From Herpetosiphon sp. NSE202 (GTDB taxonomy: Bacteria > Chloroflexota > Chloroflexia > Chloroflexales > Herpetosiphonaceae), in assembly GCF_042688385.1 (NCBI RefSeq), contig NZ_JBHUPY010000007.1, positions 386,110 to 416,341 of the forward strand: DNA of 30,232 bases, given 5' to 3'. Below the pieces are notes generated by a model. That model was not told the origin of the DNA and searched no databases. It saw nothing but the letters and a program-made list of their open reading frames with translations. Every line of letters starts with the position of its first letter. Position 1 is the stretch's first letter. The position numbers and the translations under genes were made by a program. Below, piece by piece: positions 15,784 through 23,481 of the stretch.

Positions 15784-18700
15784 ATGCCTTTGAAGGAGTC
15801 TGCCTTGGATTCACGCGAGACAACGATCAGCCTGTGGTCGCGGCGGGTAATGGAAGCCTGCTGGCTACTGGCTTTAGCAATGATCCCGATCTATTTTAGT
15901 TTGCTTAGTGACCGCCACTTTGAGCCAGATAAAGCGGTGGCCTTGCGTTCCATCGTGATGATCCTTGGCGGTGCATGGATTATCAATTGGCTTGAGCGCG
16001 GCCAAGTGTTTCGTTTGTGGCCACGTTGGCGTGATTGGTGGCGCTCGCCGCTGGTTGCTCCGGCTATCGTCTATGTTGGGGTCTTTCTCTTTACTACATT
16101 GACCTCGGTCTTGGTCTTTACCAGCTTTTTCGGCGGCTATAATCGGCTTCAGGGCTTCTACACCAACTTCTCGTATGTGGTGGTGTTTGGGGCGATGCTG
16201 GCCCATGTGCGCCGCCGCGAGCAACTTGAGCGCATTATTACGGTGATTGTGGCCACAACCTTGCCTACGTTGGGCTATGGTTGGGTCCAATATCAACGCA
16301 GCGACCCCTTGCCATGGGCTGGCGATACTGCCGCACGGGTTGCCTCAAGCATGGGCAACTCGATCTTTGTGGCTGCCTATTTGATTCTGACGCTGCCATT
16401 TATGCTCTATCGCTTGATTACGAGTTTGATGGCCACCAAACGCAGCGAAGCCGAGGGTGTAAGCTCGGTTGGCTTAGATGCAGCTTGGTTTGTTACCTTG
16501 GGCTTGCTGCCGCTTGGTCAATTAAGCTTGTTGTATGCCACGCTCAAGCTCGGAGCCTTGATTCAAGCGCCATTGCTTGGGATTGGCCATTGGTGGATCT
16601 TTCCGCTGGCGGTGATTGTTACCAGCAGCACGTTGCCCTTGATTTCGTGGGTAACCAGCACCCGCAGCCGCAATGATTGGCGCTTGTATGTACCTGGCAG
16701 CTTGATTCTGTTCTACATGCTGGCCCTGGTTATTGGCGGCTATTTAACTGCCGATCAGTGCCAAGGCCAGATTAGCAAAACCTGCTACAACCTCGATATG
16801 GCTTCAGCAGATCGCGCCAGCAACTTCCGCACTTGGTTCTTGTTGGCGATGGCGGCCTATTTTGGCTTTTATGGCTTGGTTGTGGCCTTGCCACGCCGGA
16901 TTGCCGCCGCACCGCATGCAGTAGTGCAATGGCTCAGCGCTGCGGTATATGCTGGCCTCAGCATTTTCACCGTCGTGATTATCTTCTTTACCCAAAGCCG
17001 TGGGCCACAAATTGGCATGTTTGTCAGCCTGTTTGTGTTCTTTACACTATTTTTAGTGCAAGGGCTACGCAGCACCAGCTTCAAACGGCTTTTTGGCGCA
17101 GCGCTCAGCGCTTGGGTCGTGCTTTCATTGGCAAGCGCAGTCTTCTTGGTGGTGCTCAATGCTGATTCGAGCAGTTTTAGTGGCTTGCGCCAAAGTAACC
17201 GCTATATCAACCGCTTAGGCAACTTGCTAGAAACTGATGCTGGCACCGGTTTGGTGCGGGTGCTGATTTGGCGGGGCGATGAACACACCCAAGGCGCAGT
17301 TGGCCTAGCCTTGAGCAACCCACTCCGCACCGTCATTGGCTGGGGGCCAGAATCGATGTTTGTGGCCTACAACCCCTTCTACCCGCCGCGCTTGGCCAAT
17401 TATGAATCGCGTGGTGCGTCGCCCGACCGTTCGCACCAAGCCTTGCTTGATGAATTGGTGACCAAAGGCGCAATTGGGTTGTTCAGCCATTTGTTCTTGT
17501 TTGGTTCATTTTTGATTCTCATGCTGCGCTTGCTGCGCATTCCCCGCTTGGTCAATCTCGGCATTACAACCGTGTTTATGCTGGGCATTGGGCTGTTCTT
17601 CGCTGTCTTTTTGAAGAGCCTAGAATTAGGGTTGATTGCTGGCGGCGTTGGCTTGCTGGTAGTTGGCCTCGCCACATGGCTGGGCTATGCCAAGCCCTTG
17701 GATGAACCAATTAGCTTTGGCTGGCAATTATTGATTATCACCGCGCTTTCAGCAGTGGCAGCCAATTTTGTCGAAACCCTGTTTGGGATTCCGATTGTTT
17801 CATCATTGCTGTATACTTGGGTGATTATGGCGGTTGGCGTGGTTGCTGGTGCGCAAGCAGGAGCCTTCCAGCTTGGCAGCAAGCCTGCGGTTGTGGCTGC
17901 CACCTCAACAGTCGAAGAAGTGGCTGAAGCAGCGCCGGCCAAAGCTGGCACCAAACGCCAAGCAGCCCAAAATGCCCGCCGCACAAGTGGCAATCGTGGC
18001 CGCACCAGTAGCGGCGTAACTGGCGCAGCTCCAGCCCGCATTTTGTATGCAGTGGTTGTGCCGATTGTCTTGTTGTTGGTTTGGTTCCTCAACCTCGATA
18101 ACATTTTTGCCGATATGCGCTACTTGCAGGGCAAACAATTTATCGACCAAGGTCAAGGTCTCGATCAACATCTCTTGGGCTTTGCGGCAATTCAAGATGC
18201 AGTTGAGCATGCACCCAACGAAGATCTCTATTTCTTGATGTATGGACGGGCCTTGATGACCTTGGCCACCGATTTGAGCATTGAACAAAACAAGTTGGTA
18301 AGCGAAAATCAAAATCAGGCCATTGCCCAAGTGCTGAATAGCCGCCCGCTGCCCAATGCAGAGCTGGACGATTTGCCCAAAACTGAATATAGCATTGCTG
18401 GCATGCAAAATACTGCCCGCGATTTCCTGACCAAATTTGGGCCGTTGCAAGTCTTGGATTATGCACGCTTGGCCTTGGAAGAAGCTCAGCGGCTCAATCC
18501 ACAAAACAAAGATCACCCAGCCAACTTAGGCCGTTTGCATTCATCGTGGTTCCGCAACACCGAGCAAAGCGACCCAGAAGGCGCGCGCAAGCACCTCGAT
18601 GCGGCAATCGAAGCCTACAAACAGGCACATACAATCGCGCCGCAGGATGTGGAATTGACTGGCCAATGGGCAATGTTGTATCTGTATCGCCAAGAATACG

Positions 18701-19197
18701 ATACAGCGATTGCCGAATTGAGCAAGGCGACGACGCTTGATCCGCTGTGGTCGATCAACTTCATTCGCTTGGGCGAGGCCTATCGGCGCAAGGGCGATTT
18801 GCAAAATGCCGCGCAAGCCTTTGCCAACGCCTTGGCGCTTGATCCACGGGCGCTCAACAACAGCGGTTTGGTTGACGTAGCCGAATTGCCAGCTGAACGT
18901 AGCGAGCGCATTCAAGCAACCTTTGCCTCGATGCAAAGCGATCCCGCGGCGTTCGATAGCTTCCTAACGGGCTTCGAGCGGGCAATCGCCAGCAAACCAG
19001 GCGATATGTCGTATCGCCAGATTTATACCCAAGTCTTGAGTGATAGCAAGCGCTATGACGCTGGCTTGGCCCAAGTTGAATTGGCTTTGGCTGAGATGGA
19101 TAAAATGGGGGCGCAAGACCCTAATTTCAACACCACCTATGCTGATACCAGAACCGGCTTTGAGAAATTGCTCAGCTTTTTTCAAAGCCAACAATAA
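15784..19197 (+). CDS. Large polytopic membrane protein with a Wzy_C (O-antigen ligase/O-oligosaccharyltransferase-like) domain and a C-terminal TPR-repeat region
   Basis: More than 10 predicted TM helices in the N-terminal 600 aa. A periplasmic-loop region resembles O-antigen-ligase family proteins. An Ala/Arg-rich linker follows. The C-terminal 350 aa are TPR-like (AIEAYKQAHTIAPQD..., LGEAYRRKGDLQNAAQAFANALALDP). The start is uncertain: ATG 15784, TTG 15808 after GAAGGAG, or ATG 15850. Confidence 0.6.
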   Translation: MPLKESALDSRETTISLWSRRVMEACWLLALAMIPIYFSLLSDRHFEPDKAVALRSIVMILGGAWIINWLERGQVFRLWPRWRDWWRSPLVAPAIVYVGVFLFTTLTSVLVFTSFFGGYNRLQGFYTNFSYVVVFGAMLAHVRRREQLERIITVIVATTLPTLGYGWVQYQRSDPLPWAGDTAARVASSMGNSIFVAAYLILTLPFMLYRLITSLMATKRSEAEGVSSVGLDAAWFVTLGLLPLGQLSLLYATLKLGALIQAPLLGIGHWWIFPLAVIVTSSTLPLISWVTSTRSRNDWRLYVPGSLILFYMLALVIGGYLTADQCQGQISKTCYNLDMASADRASNFRTWFLLAMAAYFGFYGLVVALPRRIAAAPHAVVQWLSAAVYAGLSIFTVVIIFFTQSRGPQIGMFVSLFVFFTLFLVQGLRSTSFKRLFGAALSAWVVLSLASAVFLVVLNADSSSFSGLRQSNRYINRLGNLLETDAGTGLVRVLIWRGDEHTQGAVGLALSNPLRTVIGWGPESMFVAYNPFYPPRLANYESRGASPDRSHQALLDELVTKGAIGLFSHLFLFGSFLILMLRLLRIPRLVNLGITTVFMLGIGLFFAVFLKSLELGLIAGGVGLLVVGLATWLGYAKPLDEPISFGWQLLIITALSAVAANFVETLFGIPIVSSLLYTWVIMAVGVVAGAQAGAFQLGSKPAVVAATSTVEEVAEAAPAKAGTKRQAAQNARRTSGNRGRTSSGVTGAAPARILYAVVVPIVLLLVWFLNLDNIFADMRYLQGKQFIDQGQGLDQHLLGFAAIQDAVEHAPNEDLYFLMYGRALMTLATDLSIEQNKLVSENQNQAIAQVLNSRPLPNAELDDLPKTEYSIAGMQNTARDFLTKFGPLQVLDYARLALEEAQRLNPQNKDHPANLGRLHSSWFRNTEQSDPEGARKHLDAAIEAYKQAHTIAPQDVELTGQWAMLYLYRQEYDTAIAELSKATTLDPLWSINFIRLGEAYRRKGDLQNAAQAFANALALDPRALNNSGLVDVAELPAERSERIQATFASMQSDPAAFDSFLTGFERAIASKPGDMSYRQIYTQVLSDSKRYDAGLAQVELALAEMDKMGAQDPNFNTTYADTRTGFEKLLSFFQSQQ

Positions 19198-19217
19198 CTG
19201 AGTCCAATCAACTCCAA

Positions 19218-19246
19218 CCCCCTCTCCTGCATTTAGTAGGAGAGGG
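19218..19246 (+). terminator. Degenerate copy of the GC-rich hairpin element, placed as a terminator after the Wzy_C/TPR gene
   Basis: CCCCTCTCCT-gcatttagt-AGGAGAGGGG. 10-bp stem, 20 nt after the stop codon. Confidence 0.5.
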
Positions 19247-19300
19247 GACGGTGGATCTTCGCCCAACTCAACAATATTAACTTTCACCAAGAGAAACTAT

Positions 19301-20323
19301 ATGAGTGTTTCGCTGGCCCAAATCTTCCTGATTTTTCTTTCGGCGCTCACCATGTCGATTGTAAGTACACCGCTGGTTCGGCGCTTGGCAATTGCCGTTG
19401 GCATTATCGACCAACCCAATGCGCGCAAAGTCCATACCAATCCAGTGCCATTGCTTGGCGGCTTGGCAATTTATGCTGGGGTTATGGTTACCCTGCTGAT
19501 TTGGGATGAACAATTTATTCTGCGCGAGTTGGCGGCCATTTTGGGCGGCGCGACGATTGTAGTTACCTGTGGCATGCTCGATGATAAATGGGGTTTATCA
19601 GCCTCATTAAAATTACTGGGCCAGATTATTGCCTGTTTTGTGCTGATCTTTGCGGGCATCCAAGTGCAATTATTCGCCTCGCCAGTGCTGAATGCCATCA
19701 TCACAATTGCCTGGGTCGCGGGTATTTCGAATGCAATTAATTTTCTCGACAATATGGATGGCTTATCGGCAGGCTTGACGGCGGTAGCATCGGCATTCTT
19801 TTTGCAACTTGCGGTCTTGAACGGCCAAGTCTTGGTGGCGGCGCTGTCGGCAGCCACGATGGGCGCGTGTATGGGCTTTTTGCGCCACAATTTCGTGCCC
19901 ACCAAAATCTTTATGGGCGACACTGGCAGCCTGTTTTTGGGCTTTATTTTGGCGGTGCTTGGCATCAAGTTGCGCTTTCCCAGCAACAGCATCATCGTCA
20001 CGTGGATGATTCCAATTGTCGTGTTGGGGGTGCCAATTTTTGATACCACGATGGTGATTGTGGCACGCTTACGGCGGCGAGTAAACCCATTCAACACGCC
20101 AGGCAAAGACCATATTTCGCATCGATTGGTGGCACTTGGTGCTTCACGCCGCGAAGCTGTGTTGATTTGCTATATGCTTGGCGTTGGCTGTGGCATTACC
20201 GCGACAATGTTGAGCAAAGCCGATGTGCAGGAAGCCTATGCCTTGGCAGGCTTGTTGATTACGATTGCATGTGTTGGGATTTGGTTTTTCGAACGCTATG
20301 CGCGCTATACGCCACCCAAATAA
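19301..20323 (+). CDS. Glycosyltransferase family 4 polyprenyl-phosphate HexNAc-1-phosphate transferase (WecA/TagO/MraY superfamily)
   Basis: N-terminus ...PLVRRLAIAVGIIDQPNARKVHTNPVPLLGGLAIYAG, then DDKWGL, NAINFLDNMDGL (the NxxNxxDGxDGL motif), and FMGDTGS. Ten or more TM segments. Confidence 0.8.
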   Translation: MSVSLAQIFLIFLSALTMSIVSTPLVRRLAIAVGIIDQPNARKVHTNPVPLLGGLAIYAGVMVTLLIWDEQFILRELAAILGGATIVVTCGMLDDKWGLSASLKLLGQIIACFVLIFAGIQVQLFASPVLNAIITIAWVAGISNAINFLDNMDGLSAGLTAVASAFFLQLAVLNGQVLVAALSAATMGACMGFLRHNFVPTKIFMGDTGSLFLGFILAVLGIKLRFPSNSIIVTWMIPIVVLGVPIFDTTMVIVARLRRRVNPFNTPGKDHISHRLVALGASRREAVLICYMLGVGCGITATMLSKADVQEAYALAGLLITIACVGIWFFERYARYTPPK

Positions 20324-20334
20324 GCGCGCACAAC

Positions 20335-20380
20335 AAAGCCCATGGTTTCTGCTCCCGCAGCCGTAACCATGGGCTTTTTG
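20335..20380. terminator. Bidirectional terminator between convergent genes
   Basis: AAAGCCCATGGTT ... AACCATGGGCTTTTTGG. 13-bp stem with A/T flanks. Confidence 0.7.
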
Positions 20381-20382
20381 GT

Positions 20383-20586
20383 TTAAGCAGCGACCTTTTG
20401 TGATTCCCAAGGTAAATCGAGTGCTAAGCGTGAGGCAGTAACCAAGGCAGGCTTGAGCAAAAGCTTGGGACCATAGGCCATCCAAACACTTTCGTCGGTA
20501 ACACAGCGATACGATCCATCATCAACGAGTTCCAATCGAGCACCGCAATCGGGGCAGCGGCGTTCTTCGAGCGAACGATTTTCCAT
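20383..20586 (-). CDS. Small zinc-ribbon protein (67 aa)
   Basis: ATG 20586 with an AAGGAGG SD. MENRSLEERRCPDCGARLELVDDGSYRCVTDES... has a CPDCG...C motif. The track ORF (to 20697) extends upstream past this start with no support. Confidence 0.5.
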   Translation of the reverse strand: MENRSLEERRCPDCGARLELVDDGSYRCVTDESVWMAYGPKLLLKPALVTASRLALDLPWESQKVAA

Positions 20587-20788
20587 GACGGGCCTCCTTG
20601 TGTGGGTGGTGTGTCCGGAGTTGGCGGAATTAAAAAATCCCACCCCCCGGATAGAGGAGTAGGCGATCATTGCCCTGTCATATGGCCACGCTGCCATGTG
20701 TTAAGCTGTAGTATACATGGATTTGGCAAATTGACAATCGGGCTAGCGCAGTAGTTCTATGGCCAGCCTAGTGATGGAGGGTTTTGTA

Positions 20789-21586
20789 ATGTATTGTCTC
20801 CAGTGTCGCCAGCGGTTGGAGCCTCGCTTGCGCGGCGGGCGTGAACGCTTGAGCTGCCCTGATTGTGGCTGGGTCTGGTTTAATAGTGCACCAGCTGGGG
20901 TTGCTGCCGTCATCCAAAACGAGTTTGGTGAGGTCTTGCTGGTGCGGCGGGCTGGCTCGTTTCGGCCTGGCTTGTGGTGTTTGCCATGTGGCTACCTTGA
21001 GCACGATGAGGAAATGCGCCAAGGCCTCGCCCGCGAAGTGCTTGAAGAAACTGGCTTGCATGCAGAAATTGGCGAAGTTATCGCTGTGCATTCGAATCTT
21101 GATCGCGAGCCGCCGTATCCGCTCGGGGTTTGGTTGCGAGCCACGGTCAGCGGGGGCAATTTGCAAGCTGGCGGCGATGCAGATTTGGCCCAATTTTTTG
21201 CCCTTGAGCAACTGCCGCCATTGGCCTTCGATCACGATGCGTTGGTCTTGGCTCAATTGCAGCAGCCAAGCGATGCCAGCATCGCAACGTTAACCACAGA
21301 GATGCATGAGTTTGTGCGTTCGAAGGGTTGGTACGAGGCGAATTCAAAACGCCCGCAAACGCCACGCAATTTGGCTATTTCGCTGACCCTCGAAGCCGCC
21401 GAAGTGCTCGAACACCTGCAATGGCGCGACGAAATTGTTGATCAGGCTGAATGGCAGGGCGAGTTAGCCGATGTCTTGCTCTATTTGCTGCAATTGGCCG
21501 ATACTACCAACGTCAATTTGGTCGAAGCAGTGCGCGCCAAATTGCGCAAAAACGCTGATCGAGTGTGGGATCAACCAGCTCAGTAA
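20789..21586 (+). CDS. Zn-ribbon + NUDIX hydrolase + MazG-like NTP pyrophosphohydrolase fusion protein
   Basis: N-terminus CLQC...CPDCG is a NudC-type zinc ribbon. The Nudix box GYLEHDEEMRQGLAREVLEETGL matches GX5EX7REVXEEXGU. The C-terminal 100 aa are MazG-like (EAAEVLEHLQW...ELADVLLYLLQLAD). GGAGGG SD upstream of ATG 20789. Confidence 0.65.
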   Translation: MYCLQCRQRLEPRLRGGRERLSCPDCGWVWFNSAPAGVAAVIQNEFGEVLLVRRAGSFRPGLWCLPCGYLEHDEEMRQGLAREVLEETGLHAEIGEVIAVHSNLDREPPYPLGVWLRATVSGGNLQAGGDADLAQFFALEQLPPLAFDHDALVLAQLQQPSDASIATLTTEMHEFVRSKGWYEANSKRPQTPRNLAISLTLEAAEVLEHLQWRDEIVDQAEWQGELADVLLYLLQLADTTNVNLVEAVRAKLRKNADRVWDQPAQ

Positions 21587-21627
21587 GTGGCAAAAATGAG
21601 AGAATTAAAACTATTTAATGTCGTTGA

Positions 21628-21657
21628 TTGACAGCAAGCAGCAATATCCGCTATAGT
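21628..21657 (+). promoter_or_regulatory. Near-consensus sigma-70-type promoter (TTGACA, 18-bp spacer, TATAGT)
   Basis: TTGACA at 21628-21633 and TATAGT at 21652-21657, upstream of the small membrane-peptide gene. Confidence 0.5.
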
Positions 21658-21661
21658 TAAA

Positions 21662-21697
21662 CCAGAACTTGTGTTCTATCACAAATACAAGTTCTGG
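21662..21697 (+). promoter_or_regulatory. Perfect 11-bp inverted repeat (CCAGAACTTGT-N14-ACAAGTTCTGG) at the predicted transcription start. Candidate operator or 5'-UTR stem-loop.
   Basis: Direct reading. Lies between the -10 element and the AAGGAGG SD. Confidence 0.5.
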
Positions 21698-21715
21698 ATG
21701 AAGGAGGTATTGCGC

Positions 21716-21898
21716 ATGAGTCAGCAACCGGATCAACAACAACAAAATCGGCCATTGCGGCTGATGTTTATGCTTACAATGATGATAATGTGTATCACTG
21801 TGACGGTTTTGGTCGTGCTTGGGCGCGATGTTGCCCAGCTTGTGACCGTTGTGGCAGCTTTTGCAGCTTTAGGTGCATTGCTCTGGCCAAAACATTAA
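21716..21898 (+). CDS. Small hydrophobic membrane peptide (60 aa, two predicted TM helices)
   Basis: MSQQPDQQQQNRPLRLMFMLTMMIMCITVTVLVVLGRDVAQLVTVVAAFAALGALLWPKH. Perfect SD AAGGAGG 8 nt upstream. Track ORF 21671 starts inside the UTR hairpin. Confidence 0.6.
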   Translation: MSQQPDQQQQNRPLRLMFMLTMMIMCITVTVLVVLGRDVAQLVTVVAAFAALGALLWPKH

Positions 21899-21900
21899 CC

Positions 21901-21950
21901 AAACCTTGCTGTAAGGGTTACTCCTTACAGCAAGGTTTGTTGCTATTTTT
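21901..21950 (+). terminator. Strong rho-independent terminator
   Basis: AACCTTGCTGTAAGG-gttact-CCTTACAGCAAGGTT followed by TGTTGCTATTTTT. 15-bp perfect stem. Confidence 0.8.
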
Positions 21951-22104
21951 AACAATCTTGAGCCAATAATTCCAGTTTCAGCGCAATACCTGCTTTCAAT
22001 CCTGAGTCATGCGTGGTAAATTCACCCTTGGCAGTTACGAGCCAATTGCGTATACTCATACGACATTCCGCCAAACGCAACCTCTACCAAGAAAGGGTTT
22101 CCGC

Positions 22105-22776
22105 ATGAAGCCACGATTTTTTGCGCTTGGCAACCAACAACTGCATAGCGCTGCGCTGAAGCAGCATCCTGCAAGCCGCCGGATTATTGGCTGGATCAGC
22201 CTGTTTGTAGTTTGTTTGTTGCTCATTCTGTATAGTTTTAGTCAATTTGATCATATTCCGTTGAGCACGCTTACCCGCGACCCCGCCGATATTACGGGAG
22301 TGCCGTTCTATGTTGGCATTCTTTCAACCTTGGGTGTGATGCTCTGGTCGGCAGCAACTGGCATTTGTGCAGTTGGCTTGTTATTGCTTGAGCCGAGCCA
22401 TCCGCAGCGGCGTTTTTTAGCGGCCTCAGCACTCTTATCTGGTTTATTGACCCTTGATGATGCTATTTTACTCCACGAACGGGTGTTTCCGGTGCATCTG
22501 CATATTCCCGAAAATTTGGTGCTGGCCGGCTACTTGGGCCTAGGAATCGCCTATCTTTATTATTTTTTGCCACGAATGTTAAGCACAGATTATGGCTTGT
22601 TTCTGATTGCCGCTGGATTTATGGGCTTATCGATTGTTTTTGATGTGATTATGCCCTTTCATGAGCTAGCCACCTTTACCGAAGATAGCCTCAAGTTTAT
22701 TGGGATTGTCTTTTGGTTGAGCTATTTTGGGCGCACTGTCCAAAGCATTTTAGCTCACGCCAAGCACCAAAGCTAA
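22105..22776 (+). CDS. Hypothetical polytopic membrane protein (about 223 aa, 5-6 TM)
   Basis: ATG 22105 with an AAAGGG SD. Hydrophobic segments run throughout. I recognise no family. Confidence 0.5.
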   Translation: MKPRFFALGNQQLHSAALKQHPASRRIIGWISLFVVCLLLILYSFSQFDHIPLSTLTRDPADITGVPFYVGILSTLGVMLWSAATGICAVGLLLLEPSHPQRRFLAASALLSGLLTLDDAILLHERVFPVHLHIPENLVLAGYLGLGIAYLYYFLPRMLSTDYGLFLIAAGFMGLSIVFDVIMPFHELATFTEDSLKFIGIVFWLSYFGRTVQSILAHAKHQS

Positions 22777-22797
22777 CCCAACGCAATGCTTCTACTC

Positions 22798-22828
22798 AAA
22801 GCGCCGTGCTTCCAACGGCGCTTTTGCT
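22798..22828 (+). terminator. Hairpin terminator after the 22105 gene
   Basis: AAAGCGCCGT-gcttcca-ACGGCGCTTTTGCTTGG. Confidence 0.55.
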
Positions 22829-22920
22829 TGGCTGCAAACTCTACAAGGAACTGATTATAATACGTTAGCATTTATTCAAATGACGTAGGATGGTCGCTTT
22901 GGGCACTGCGTCGATGAGAC

Positions 22921-23481
22921 ATGAGGATCAGCATGGCAAACGAAACGCAACCTCAATCCAACATCGTTGAAGGATTAACTGGGCGCTTACCATTCTTGAT
23001 TGGTGGTTTAGCTGGTTTTTTCAGCTTGGTCGTGTTTATGCGCATTCGTTATATGCTGCATACGAGCGCGCATAAACTTGATTTTGAAGGGATTCAGGCA
23101 TGGCTGATCATCGATATCGTGATTATGTTGATCATTGCGCCATTAGCGCATACGCTGAGCCATGTGCTTGGCTTAATTGGCCAAAAGCAGCCATGGAAAC
23201 TCCAACGCCGCTTGCTCTATCCTCGCGTTCGTCCAACGCAGCCACTTTCTCGTCGTCAAGTTATCGGCTATTTACTAGCGCCCTTAGGCTTGAATGTACT
23301 GTTGCTGTTTGGCCTTGTAATCGAGCCGCTTGCGGCCTACCTCGCCTTATGGGGTGCGGTTAATCTGGCGCTAGCCACCAACGATCTTTGGAAGGTTTTG
23401 GGGGTTTGGCGCTTTCCTCAAACCAGTTCATTTGTTGTTCACCAAAATCATCTTGAGCGAACGGAGGCGCAACGTGGATAA
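22921..23481 (+). CDS. Hypothetical membrane protein (4-5 TM)
   Basis: Hydrophobic segments LPFLIGGLAGFFSLVVF, WLIIDIVIMLIIAPL, LLAPLGLNVLLLFGLVI and AAYLALWGAVNLALA. HTLSH motif present. Family unknown. Confidence 0.45.
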   Translation: MRISMANETQPQSNIVEGLTGRLPFLIGGLAGFFSLVVFMRIRYMLHTSAHKLDFEGIQAWLIIDIVIMLIIAPLAHTLSHVLGLIGQKQPWKLQRRLLYPRVRPTQPLSRRQVIGYLLAPLGLNVLLLFGLVIEPLAAYLALWGAVNLALATNDLWKVLGVWRFPQTSSFVVHQNHLERTEAQRG

